From the human T2T-CHM13v2.0 reference genome, Homo sapiens, in the NCBI RefSeq assembly GCF_009914755.1, contig NC_060934.1: a stretch of 64,000 bases of DNA. The stretch is one strand, 5' to 3'. Every line of letters starts with the position of its first letter. Positions within the stretch are counted from its first letter, which is position 1. Under the pieces are notes generated by a model. The model made no database searches and was not told where the DNA came from. It was given only the letters and a program-made list of their open reading frames with translations. The position numbers and the translations under genes were made by a program. Below, piece by piece: positions 1 to 64,000 of the stretch.

Positions 1-94
1 AGTCCAGGAATTTAAGGCTGCAATGAGCTATGATCATGATCACTGCACTCCAGCCTGGGTGACAGAGCGAGACACCGTCTCAAATTATATATAT

Positions 95-378
<284 letters not shown>

Positions 379-955
379 TCAAATACATTTTTTTAATGGC
401 CTTGTCTTTCCTGGTTTTAGGCCCTTTTCCACAATTTCTGATGGAAATACAGAAACCTTGCCATCATTCTTACTGCTGGTTTGCATCTCATTTATGGTGT
501 ATCTGGGATTTCTTCTCATGAACAGAAAGATTCAGTGGCTGTTATATGCCTTGTCAATTTAATGTATTGCCCTATCCTCTTTTTGATCAAAGATAGAGAC
601 TAAGACTGGGAATTATGACAGAAAAAGTCATATTTTTCTTTAAATGATTTTGAAATGTTAAAATAGGCCAATATGAGTCAAAGTGCAAATTTTTTGGTGA
701 GTAGGTTGACAAAAAAAAAAAAAAATCCAGGAAAAAAAGTGCAAATTTTTATAGGTCCTAATTCTTTTGTTTGCCTAATGAAGTGTTCCCTCTATTTTAT
801 TGTTTTTATATGCTACAAAGTCCCATCTTCTGCAGTTATGGAAACAGTGTGGCTGTATGTTTTAGTAATTATTTCATAATCTGTAGCACTTTTCACTTTA
901 AGTGCAATGAATAGTCCAGCTTCATTCACTGTATTACTAATACGCTTCCCTATGA

Positions 956-1563
<608 letters not shown>

Positions 1564-1610
1564 TGAGACTACTTTTTGATGGAGCCCACTCAAGGGGATG
1601 AGGAGGTTTA

Positions 1611-1892
<282 letters not shown>

Positions 1893-2208
1893 TTAGCTCT
1901 TTCTGGGGCAGTGGGACAGGAAAGAATACCTTGGACCTTAGGGCTACTCTAGTTGTAATGTATTAGTGAGTTATCACTAGAGAAGTTCCACAGTTTAATA
2001 TTATCTATACCTATATCTATATATCTACCTATATAGATAGATATATGTTAGATGCTTCAACAACTAGGGTCTACACTTAATATACTGACATCTAAGGATG
2101 CGGCCAAGAAAAGCTGTAATTAGGCTGAATTTTATTGCCAAAGTTGTTCTTTTTTCATTTAGTCCTTTAATAAAAGATGATCTTCATAAATTACAGAAAG
2201 TTTGCTTA

Positions 2209-2980
<772 letters not shown>

Positions 2981-3722
2981 TCTGTTAAAATTTGATATAG
3001 TAGGCACTGACAAAAGAGGTCAAATGCAGGACTGATTTCTAAGCTTGCAATCTATCTAAATGCAGATGCTAATTTAGAGTGCATAATTATTACACAAGTA
3101 CAGACCTAGGTTAGGGCTTAAATTTCATTATGTGCAATAAAAAGGTTAAGTGATGGTTAAGCAAGGTGTAGATTATCCTTACCTCTCCTAATGACATGGG
3201 CTCACATTGGCATTCCTTTCATACTTTTACGTATAAAGTGGGCAGTTGTTTCTGAATGACTGTTGCTGGAGCCTCAGGCCTGCTTTGTGCTTGGTGCTTT
3301 CCAGACTTTCTCCTTTATTCCTATCACCATATACGTACTCACAAAAGAGCAGTGTAAACCAGGTATTACATTTCCACAAGGGAAAGTAGAACCAGGAATA
3401 GCCACATGATACTTACCGAAAGCTTCACTTTCCCTATAGAGAAAGCAAGCAACATGAATCTTCTGATTTGGGGCCCAGCCTGCTGCTGTATACAGAGGTT
3501 GGCATTATTGGTGATAGAAATGTCTGATAGGAGTCTTTTAATTATACTCTGGAGTGTGGAGGTGGAGTGCAAGGCTGCTTCCTTTATTACTGCAAGTGTT
3601 ATTTTCTATTATCTCAGGTTTCGTTTTGTGTAATAAACTGCTTCTTGTTAAACAATGTCTTCTGCTTCATTATTTTTTTGGGGGTGGGTGTAATAAAGTT
3701 GGAGATTTGTAAAAAAGTTTCA

Positions 3723-4020
3723 GGTTGGGTGTGGTGGCTCATGCCTGTAATCCCTGCACTTTGGGAGGCCAAGGAGGGAAGCTCACGTGAGCCCAGGAGT
3801 TCAAGAGTAGTCTGCGCAACATACTGAGACCCCATCTCTACAAAAAATAAAACCAAGCCAGCCGGGTTTGGTGGTGTGAGCCTGTGGTCGCAGCTACTCC
3901 AGCAGCTGAGGCAGGAGGATCACTGGAGTGAGGCCAAGGCTGCAGTGAGCTAATATTCCACTGCACTCCAACCTGGGTGACAGAACAAGACCCCAAATCC
4001 AAAAATAAATAAATAAATAA
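3723..4020 (+). mobile_element. Old Alu (AluJ-like)
   Basis: Diverged consensus, (TAAA)n tail. Confidence 0.88.
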
Positions 4021-4024
4021 AACA

Positions 4025-4310
4025 TTTGCTCATTTAACAAGTATTTATTGGTACTATTCTAGGCACTGGGGATTCAGCAATGAACAAGATAGACAACGTT
4101 CCTTCTTTCATGCTTACATTTTTAAATGGGTGTTAGGGATAGGTAAGGCCATAATAAGACAATTCAGACTGTGATAGGTGCTATGGAGAAAACAGGTTGA
4201 TGGTGGTGAGGTGTGAGAGGTCAGGGAAGCCCTCTGTGACATGAACTGAGACTTAAGGGAAGAAAAATAAGCAGCCATGCAGAAATCAGTGGGAAGATTC
4301 CAAACATCTG
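4025..4310 (-). mobile_element. L2 3' fragment
   Basis: catttaacaagtatttattg...aggcactggggat...atgaacaagatagac is a typical L2 end. Confidence 0.65.
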
Positions 4311-4511
4311 TGATAAGTGATTTTTTTAACACACTAAATTTACAAATCCAAATGTTCTTCCTCCAAAGTAGTCATGAGCTACAGGCTTGTTTTCTGCTTC
4401 CATTACCAAAAACATTTCTTGGAGCTTATTTGGAAATGCTTTGAGAATATGCTGCACATCTTTGGAATGAGTTGTGAAAATGGCCAGAAGAAGTCACTTG
4501 AGAAACAAGTC

Positions 4512-4794
4512 TGGCTGGGCGCGGAGGCTCAGTCATGTAAAGCACTTTGGGAGGGCGAGGCAGGAAGATCGCTTGAACCCAGGAGTTCGAGACCAGCCCG
4601 GGCAACATGACAAAACCCCGTCTCTACAAAAAATAATTAGCTGGGCGTGGTGTCTTGCACCTGTGTTCTCAGCTACTCAGGAGGCAGAGGCGGGAGGATC
4701 GTTTGAGTTCAGGAGTTTAAAGCTGCAGTGAGCTATGAACGTGCCACTTGCACTCCAGTCTGGGCAACCAAGAGAGACCCTATCTCAAAAAAAA
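4512..4794 (+). mobile_element. Alu
   Basis: Alu consensus. Confidence 0.9.
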
Positions 4795-5286
4795 TTCTGA
4801 TTAAGCATCACAACTGAAGGTCCAAGTCTGTAAGACTGGCGAGAGGACTGAAAAAGACGATGAATGCCAAGTGTTTAAGCTTCATCCTACCAACTGAGAT
4901 TGTTATAAATGAGCAAACGGTATCTAACTAGTAGCAGTAGTAGCAGTTGTTGTTGTTATAAAATGAAACAAGTCTAATTTTTCTTTGCGGCTTTGTAGTG
5001 GTCCTATAGGCAGTGAAAAACGACAGTTCTTTCAGGTTTATTAAAGTAAAACACGAATCTTTCCCAACCCAACATCTTAAAGTCTCAAATTTTGATTCGC
5101 CACCCCCCCCCCAACCCCGCCCTATGCCAATCGCCCCTAGACCAAGCCGGCTACCACCAGAACAGTGTCCACTTACCAGGGCCCTTTCCTGCATGTCCCC
5201 GGCCCCGTACTGCCCCCAGACTTCGGGGCCCGGAGCCCATCAAGGAGAAGCCTCAGTCGGCGTACGAACCCAGAGTCTCCTCCTAA

Positions 5287-6587
<1,301 letters not shown>

Positions 6588-6752
6588 AAATGGACAAGTA
6601 TTTTCAATGACTGAAATATAGCTTCTGACAACTATGCAGAGGCATTTTAGAGACATTGGCATTGCCATGCCCTCTTTGGAGGGTAGAAGAGGCAAAACAC
6701 TTTTTTCACCCTTTGGAATCATAGTATGGGTAGAAGTTATGATTTATCTTGA

Positions 6753-7032
6753 AATAAAATCCTCTGAACAGAACTTGGCCTTTTGTTGTGAATTAGGTAC
6801 TCTCTTCATTCTTGAGCCTCCCCTAGACCCTGGAAATTCTTTCCTTCCTGATTTGCCCTAGGAGCAGGACAAATACCGTTGTATTGTCTTTCCCTGCATT
6901 TGAAGTCTTTTACACCATTTAGTGCCCTTGCTTTTGGATGCAATAAGGAAGTTGAAGTTGCCTTCGTCTGTAAATACTTAGTGATTGCCTATTTTGTGCG
7001 TAGTCCCTGCAAGGTGCTCTCTGAATAATAAA
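6753..7032 (+). terminator. CHCHD1: CHCHD1 poly(A) signals (AATAAA at 6753 and 7027)
   Basis: Two canonical hexamers downstream of the stop codon. Confidence 0.65.
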
Positions 7033-7049
7033 GTTAACAAACTGGTGAC

Positions 7050-7700
<651 letters not shown>

Positions 7701-7763
7701 ATACTAGGAAAAATTGCATAGCATTTTATGTATACTCTGCCCTTTCAGGCATAATTCAGTTAG

Positions 7764-8058
<295 letters not shown>

Positions 8059-8059
8059 T

Positions 8060-8516
8060 TAGGAGTTCTTAACCTAGGTCAATAGACTCCAGTTAAGACG
8101 TCTGTGAACTTGGGGGATAATTTATATTTTTAACTCCAACTGAAATTTAGCATTTCAGTCAGGGCTATGGAAAACAAACCACAGTAACATTATCAAAACC
8201 TATATGAAATCATGGTATTTTCATACCATGTTACAGTTGGTTACAAATATCTCAAAAAGCATTTATACTCATCACTAGCTTCAAAATTATGATAGTTACT
8301 ACGCTTCCTCCTAGATCTTGTCATTTAATGTGTAAATAAAGGAGCACTATTACGTTACAGATTTGTTCTATTAATAGTTTAATAATTGTATTTAAACAAC
8401 TGGTTTCCTTTGTAATTCTTGGTATTTTGTGCATTTGTAAACGATCTGAGAAGGGGGTCCAGAAACCTACCTAGACTGCTAAAGGGTCCATGGCACAAAA
8501 AAAGGTTGAGTTACTA
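8060..8516 (+). mobile_element. hAT-Charlie4-like DNA transposon fossil
   Basis: Ends aggagttcttaacct ... gggtccatggcacaaaaaaaggttgag (imperfect TIRs). Confidence 0.65.
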
Positions 8517-9278
8517 GATCCAAAGGCCGTATGGACAAACAGTACAACCATTTCCTGAAATCAAATGCATTCTTTTCTGATGTTTCCCCAGTTAGACCCT
8601 ATAAAAAGGTCGGCTGGATTGCAGACTTCTGGACTACGATTCCCAGAAGGTGGTGCGGCCCTGGGGCCTATCCAGAGTTAAGACAATAACTCCATCCAAT
8701 AGTTGCTGTCCTCTCCTGACAGCCTACAATTCCCAACATGCATGGCGGCTGTTTATGCCTTGGGGACATTATGGACTCCGAGTTGTTGCTGGGATCTGTA
8801 GTTGCTTCGTATAACGTTGGGAGTTGGCTTCCTCTTATGATGTCTGAGGGTGGGCTCGAGGGAAAAAAAGCAAATGCAGCCATTAAATAAAAATGTCCCC
8901 TACATCCGCCCGTACCCGATCCGGATCCCGAGCGCGCGAGGGCGGAAGTGGTGGTGGCCCGCGCGGCCGGAAGTCCAGATCAGCTGATGGGGGAGGCGGC
9001 TCCGCAGCCGCCTAGAGGCCCCAGCCGCCGAGCGCTTCGTCCCGGCCCTAAGTCTCGGAGACTGGCCAAGATCACCGCTTGCACCGCGCTGTTGGGCGAG
9101 GCCCGGTCCCGTCTCTTTCCCAGGCCTGAGATTCTCGCCCGGCACGGCCGCCCTGAGCGCCCCGGCCACCCCCAGCCCCGGCTCGCCCCTCAGGCCCCGG
9201 GCCTCCCCTCAACCCCCGGCCGGCGGCCCAGGCCCCGGATCCGCGGGGGGGGACCCGGCCCCGGGGGGTGCGGGCCCC

Positions 9279-24919
<15,641 letters not shown>

Positions 24920-25163
24920 GTCTTTCACCCTTAGGGTCCTATACAGGGACCCAGGCCTGTGGCTATGGGGGCCCCTCACACAGGGGGAGTGAAACTTGGC
25001 TGGACAGATCATCCTCACTCAGTTCCCTGGTAGCACAGACTGACAGCTGCTCTTGGGCTATAGCTTGGGGCCAAGATGTCTCACACCCTAGAAGCCTAGG
25101 GCTGGGGGAGACAGCCCTGTCTGGGAGGGGGCGTTGGGTGGCCTCTGGTATTTATTTGGCATT

Positions 25164-25177
25164 TATAAATATATAAA
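25164..25177 (+). terminator. ZSWIM8: ZSWIM8 variant poly(A) signal (TATAAA/AATATA)
   Basis: No AATAAA on + after the stop; tataaatatataaa followed by a T-rich tract. Confidence 0.55.
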
Positions 25178-25329
25178 CTCCTTTTTTACTCTAGTCGACC
25201 TGGGCCTTTCCCTTCTTTCCAAATTCCATGTGCAGATGAACCTTCAACTGGGGAGGAAACTTCTGACACTTGCTTTAGTCTAGGTTTTTCCCACTCCAGG
25301 GAGGCAGACAAAACAGAAAAATAAGGATG

Positions 25330-25335
25330 TTTATT
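25330..25335 (-). terminator. NDST2: NDST2 poly(A) signal AATAAA (a second, proximal one at 25672-25677)
   Basis: tttatt on + strand. Confidence 0.7.
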
Positions 25336-25850
25336 AAGGACATTTCTAGCCCACAGCTAGGGCTCATACTCGGCTCTATGAGCCACTGTCCGACCTCATC
25401 CCCATTCAATGTGAATGACATTAGGGAGGCCGGGCCACAGGTAGATCCCACTGCCTGGCTAAAGGGGCCATAGCAAGGGGTCCCTCCCATGCAAGGGGTC
25501 TCTCCCATAGCCAGGTATAGAATAGATACACTGCTGCGGATGAAGAGGGAAATCTCACTGGACTAATACATTCCCCTACACCCTGCCTGGACCCTCTCAT
25601 TCCTCCCCACCTCCCAAGATGATGGGTCAAAGGTACCTAGCACTATTATGTGGGGTACCAAAGGAAGCCCCTTTATTTGTCCCAGAACTGTGGGAAAAGG
25701 ATACCCTTCCCTTCTCAGCCATCTCAGGCCTGGGGGCTACTGAGGTAGAGGGGGAGGGGCCAGGCCACTCTAATCCCCCTTGTGGGCCCTGCTCTGGACC
25801 TGCCCCTTAGGGAAGCAGGGGGCATTTTGCTGGTATGGGAGGCTGGGACA

Positions 25851-31788
<5,938 letters not shown>

Positions 31789-33139
31789 GGCGGGGGGAGG
31801 AAGGGAGGGAGGAATGGGGACCACCTCAGGGGATGGGAGGTAGGAGTTCTATAGGCTAGGACTGTCTTGGAAGGGTAGAAGGATAGGAAAATAGGGGACA
31901 GGGATTCCCTTGGGGAGTTTCCTTTACGAGGTGGAGACGAGTCCCCTTAGCATAGGGTAGGGGAGGTAGAAGGGGAAGCAGGGGGCAACTATACAGAGTC
32001 CACTTGTCTCAGGTCACCATGGCCCCCTGGCCCATGGCTTCAGGCTGCAAATCTTGCCAGGCTCTCCCCTTGGCCCTGGCTGAGCGCCTCACATCAAAGG
32101 TCAGCAAAGTTCAATCTCTTCCCCTCTACCTGTAAGACAGAGAAATCAGTGGGTTACTCCTCCCTCTGAAATTGTCATTAATCCATTCTCCTCCCCATCC
32201 CATCTCTCTTACCTCCTGCTTACTGGATAATCTGTTCTCAAAAAAAAAAAAAAAAAAGTTTCCTCTAGGAGAATCTACAAGCTGAGTCCTATACCTTAGC
32301 TTCACAGCTTGTTCCCTTTCCCTTTCTTAGAATACCCAAATGAATGTCCAAATTCTCCTCTCTAAGCAAAGCTCAGAGATGGAGCAGTATATGCAAATGA
32401 TAGGAACAAATCTCCCATCAACAAGAGGCTAAATATCCTAGAAGGCTAAAAACAGGCCTGCTCTGAAAGGAGTTCCTAGCCCATGACCGAGCAGCTGGCA
32501 GCCAGCAACAGCTCTGATCTTTCTGTGAGGAAGGGACGGAAAGCCCCGGAAGTCTTCAGAAGTCCCATGCTCCAACAAAATATCAGATAAGGAACTCATG
32601 AGTCTGTTAATCTTCTCATCAATCAAACCCAATATCACAGCCAACAGCTTTAACGAACTTGCAGTCAGGTGGACACTATGGTGGGGGAGTTCAAAAGGAA
32701 AGAGCAATCCTCATGATAGGTAATCATTCTACCAGTTTCCAAACCCAGAAATTAGGGACTCCCTTACCCGTTGCTTGTGAAACATTACCTGCCCCTGACC
32801 TTCACCTCAACTTTGCCAGTCAGGAGATAAAAATGTAACCCCTGAGCAGGCCACACACTGGGTGCTGAGAAAAGCCATACAGCTGAGTCCACTCTACTTC
32901 TCCTTCCTAACTTAGCCTAAGTAGTTCTACAACCCTATTCCTAAACAGCTCAGAAGAGTCCCTGAGCTAGTCTGGAGAGACATGAGGTATTGAGTCCAGT
33001 TACACAAACAGAACAACTTGAGTAAGGACTGGATGACAGAGAGCAACAGGAGCTTAAGTCACATCCAACCAATGACAGAAGGAAAAAGGACAGTGTGATC
33101 AGAAAACAGTTTTAAGGAGGTCTAATTTTGGGGATCTCT

Positions 33140-33400
33140 TTTATTATTTTTAGATGGAGTCTTGCTCTGTCACCCAGGATACAGTGTGCTAGTGTGATCA
33201 TAGCCTACTGCAGCTTCAAACTCCTGGGCTCAAGTGATCCTCCCACCTCAGCCTCCCATGTAGCTGGGACTACAGCTTTGCACCACCACACCCTACTAAT
33301 TTTTAATTTTTTTTAGAGATGGGGGTCTTGTTACGTTGCCCAGGCTGGTCTTGAACTCCTGGGGTCAGACAGACAATCCTCCGGCCTCAGCCTCCTGAGT
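33140..33400 (-). mobile_element. Alu (AluJ-like)
   Basis: Reverse consensus. Confidence 0.85.
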
Positions 33401-33576
33401 CTGTTCTTTTTCTTAAATCGACTGCTTCTGTAAGCTTTATTGTCACTATCCCCACTCAGCCTCCTTGTAAGGCTGGCAATCCCTCTCTACCACCCACCCC
33501 CAAACACACATCTCAGGGGTGATAAGGCAGAGCTGAGGTCCTTCAGAATTGACAGAGATGATTTAAAAACAGTTCA

Positions 33577-33889
<313 letters not shown>

Positions 33890-34079
33890 CAGTTCAGCTT
33901 TGGCCTAGGTAAAACGACACGAGAAGACAGCTGGGGGAGAGGATCAAAATGGTGACGGGAAGGGGTGAATGCTAAGAATGTGATGCAACTTTAGAGAAAA
34001 CATTGTAGTGAGGAGGTCACTGACGGGAAGTTGATACTCAGGGTGTATCATCCCGTATTTGAGAAATTACAACTTGCCA

Positions 34080-34290
34080 GCCATTCTTCTAAGAGCTTCA
34101 CATATATTTAATCTTCACACCAGCCCTAAGAGGTAGGGAAAAGGTACATGCTCCATTATCCCCATTTCACATATGAGTAACTCAGAGAAGCTTAGAACCT
34201 TGCCCAGGATCACACAGCTCAGTTGGTGGGAGGGCTGGGATTCGACGTCAGGCCTGTCAAGCTCCAGAGCCGCGTTCTTAGCCGCTGCAT
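34080..34290 (-). mobile_element. MIR
   Basis: attatccccatttcaca...cttgcccaggatcacacagct...ctgggattcga core. Confidence 0.75.
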
Positions 34291-34303
34291 TTTAGCTTCA
34301 TAC
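34199..34303 (-). other. NDST2: NDST2 5'UTR exon 2 (largely MIR-derived)
   Basis: cttcttccag|GTATG acceptor; AAG|gttcta donor. Confidence 0.6.
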
Positions 34304-34324
34304 CTGGAAGAAGCAGCAAGGTTT

Positions 34325-37901
<3,577 letters not shown>

Positions 37902-38049
37902 CTGTCAAACAGGACAGAATGTGGTAACAGAACAGAGGACAATGAGCACACAGATGAGTTCCAGCGACTTTAGCACGCTAAACACATGGCCAAGTCGGCC
38001 TGAGAAGGTGGGGAAAGTGGGTGAAGCTAATGCTTAAATACAAAACTGC

Positions 38050-38260
38050 CTCCCATTTGCTAAGCACTAACTAAGTGCTTTACTTATAGTATCTTACTTA
38101 ATCCTCACAATGATTAAATGAGGTAGGCACCACTCTCTGCCTTTCTTTGACAGCTAAGGAAACAGTTTAGGGAGGGGAAGTAACCTGTCTGAGGTCATCC
38201 AATTTGGAGTCACGGAGCCAGACCCTAGTCTGTCTGATTTCCAAGCATAACTTATTGCAA
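38050..38260 (-). mobile_element. MIR
   Basis: ttaatcctcacaa...aggaaacag...aagtaacctg core. Confidence 0.65.
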
Positions 38261-38410
38261 CCATTCTGCCAGGCTTTGCCAGTCCTCTGGGACGGCCCAC
38301 ACCTCCTCTCCCAGGACCACCTCCCAGCCTTCTCTTCTTCCTCTGACCCCACCTATCCCAGGCCCTTCCAGCCCCTCTCCCCCGTCAACCAGGTGCACCT
38401 GTGGCTGAGC

Positions 38411-62996
<24,586 letters not shown>

Positions 62997-64000
62997 CTGA
63001 GGGGATACAGTCTCTCAGTGCACAGAGCCCCGCAAAGCCACGGGGCCGTCAGCAGCGAGCATGCCCCAGCGCGAGGCGCAGCCCAGGCGGCGTGGCCAAG
63101 CCAGCCGAGCTGGGGGAGCGGAGCGCCAGGGGCAGGCTGAGGAGGTAGGCGCAGCCAGCCCTGCAGCAGTCTGGGGGCCTGGGAAGACCGGGCTGGGCCA
63201 GGGCATAGGGAACACTGCGTCCCCACCAGATGGAGAGGGCTGCAGTGCCTGTCTCATGACCCCCTCCGGAGGAGGGTCCACAGCGAAATGCCTGAGCCGG
63301 TGAGAGGCAGGTGCCCCTTCTGAGGTAGCCCGGCCCTAGCTTAAGGCTGTGATGAAACGCCCTCCCTTCTAGTCCTTCCCTCCCTAGAAGCTAAATGAGC
63401 CCACGATGAGAGTGCCGGGGGCGCAGAGCAGCCCTCTCCCCTCTCTACATCCCACACACTAGAGGGACTGGCGTGGGGGTCCCAGGGAGGGTCTGTGGCC
63501 CTTGTGCAGCTAAGTTTACTGGTGGGCCCCAGCTCCATGCCCCCCAACCCCTCAGAGACACAGGTCCCTGTCTTAAGGGAGGTAGCCGAGAGGCAGCATT
63601 CTCAGTCTGTGTGTCACAGTGTGCTGAGGTGAAAGGTGCCCAAGAAATAAACCCTGAGAAAGAAAACAAAGGCTGCTGAAGCAATACACTCTGGAGGCCC
63701 CGATTCGCTGTTAGCCAAACTGCTAGAGTCCAGGATAAGCCACATCTCCTATTGGAGGTCAACTCAAAAAACAGCCCTAGAGAAACACACAGGTGCCCTT
63801 CCTTCTTGATTGCATCCATAGACACCTCTTTCTGCAGAAGCTTCCGGACAGACTCTGTCCTCACCTGTCCCAGAGTCAGGGCAGAAGAGGCCATCCTGGA
63901 ATGCTTGCAACATTGTTTGTCTCCTCTGACCCAAGGCAAAGTGAGCTCAAAGGCCAGTCTAGGTCTGGCCAATAAGAACAGGAGGCTCTACAGGGATGAA

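Noticed and set aside
1995-2050. Quasi-palindromic TA-rich stretch
   Set aside because: Low-complexity microsatellite decay
63220-63430. Partial CTCF-like matches (ccaccagatggag; gccgggggcgca)
   Set aside because: Mismatches at core positions; cannot be supported without PWM scoring or ChIP data

Overview
Mammalian DNA, almost certainly human 10q22.2: Alu-rich, with gene order CHCHD1(+), ZSWIM8(+), NDST2(-), CAMK2G(-). I rebuilt the spliced CDSs by hand from GT/AG junctions. CHCHD1 has 3 exons (118 aa). ZSWIM8, the substrate adaptor for target-directed miRNA degradation (TDMD), has 26 coding exons (1842 aa with both long alternative junctions). NDST2 has 13 coding exons (883 aa) and a uORF-laden 5'UTR. 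The window also holds the 3' half of CAMK2G (variable-linker exons, hub domain, UTR-only last exon). The rest is Alu/L2/MIR/hAT repeats, three promoter CpG islands and microsatellites. I cannot support a wholly new gene or multi-gene system; most ORFs in the supplied track are Alu or GC-rich noise. The best leads are hidden coding or regulatory layers in known genes: a dual-coding ZSWIM8 C-terminus, a candidate 93-nt CAMK2G poison exon, an alphaKAP-like kinase-less CAMK2G ORF, a hydrophobic intron-readthrough CAMK2G tail, a 17-nt tandem array of REST half-site-like motifs next to Z-DNA in ZSWIM8 intron 1, and a tightly packed CAMK2G>NDST2>antisense-to-ZSWIM8 transcription chain. Gene names, protein lengths and miRNA sequences are from memory, not database searches. 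Repeat boundaries are approximate.
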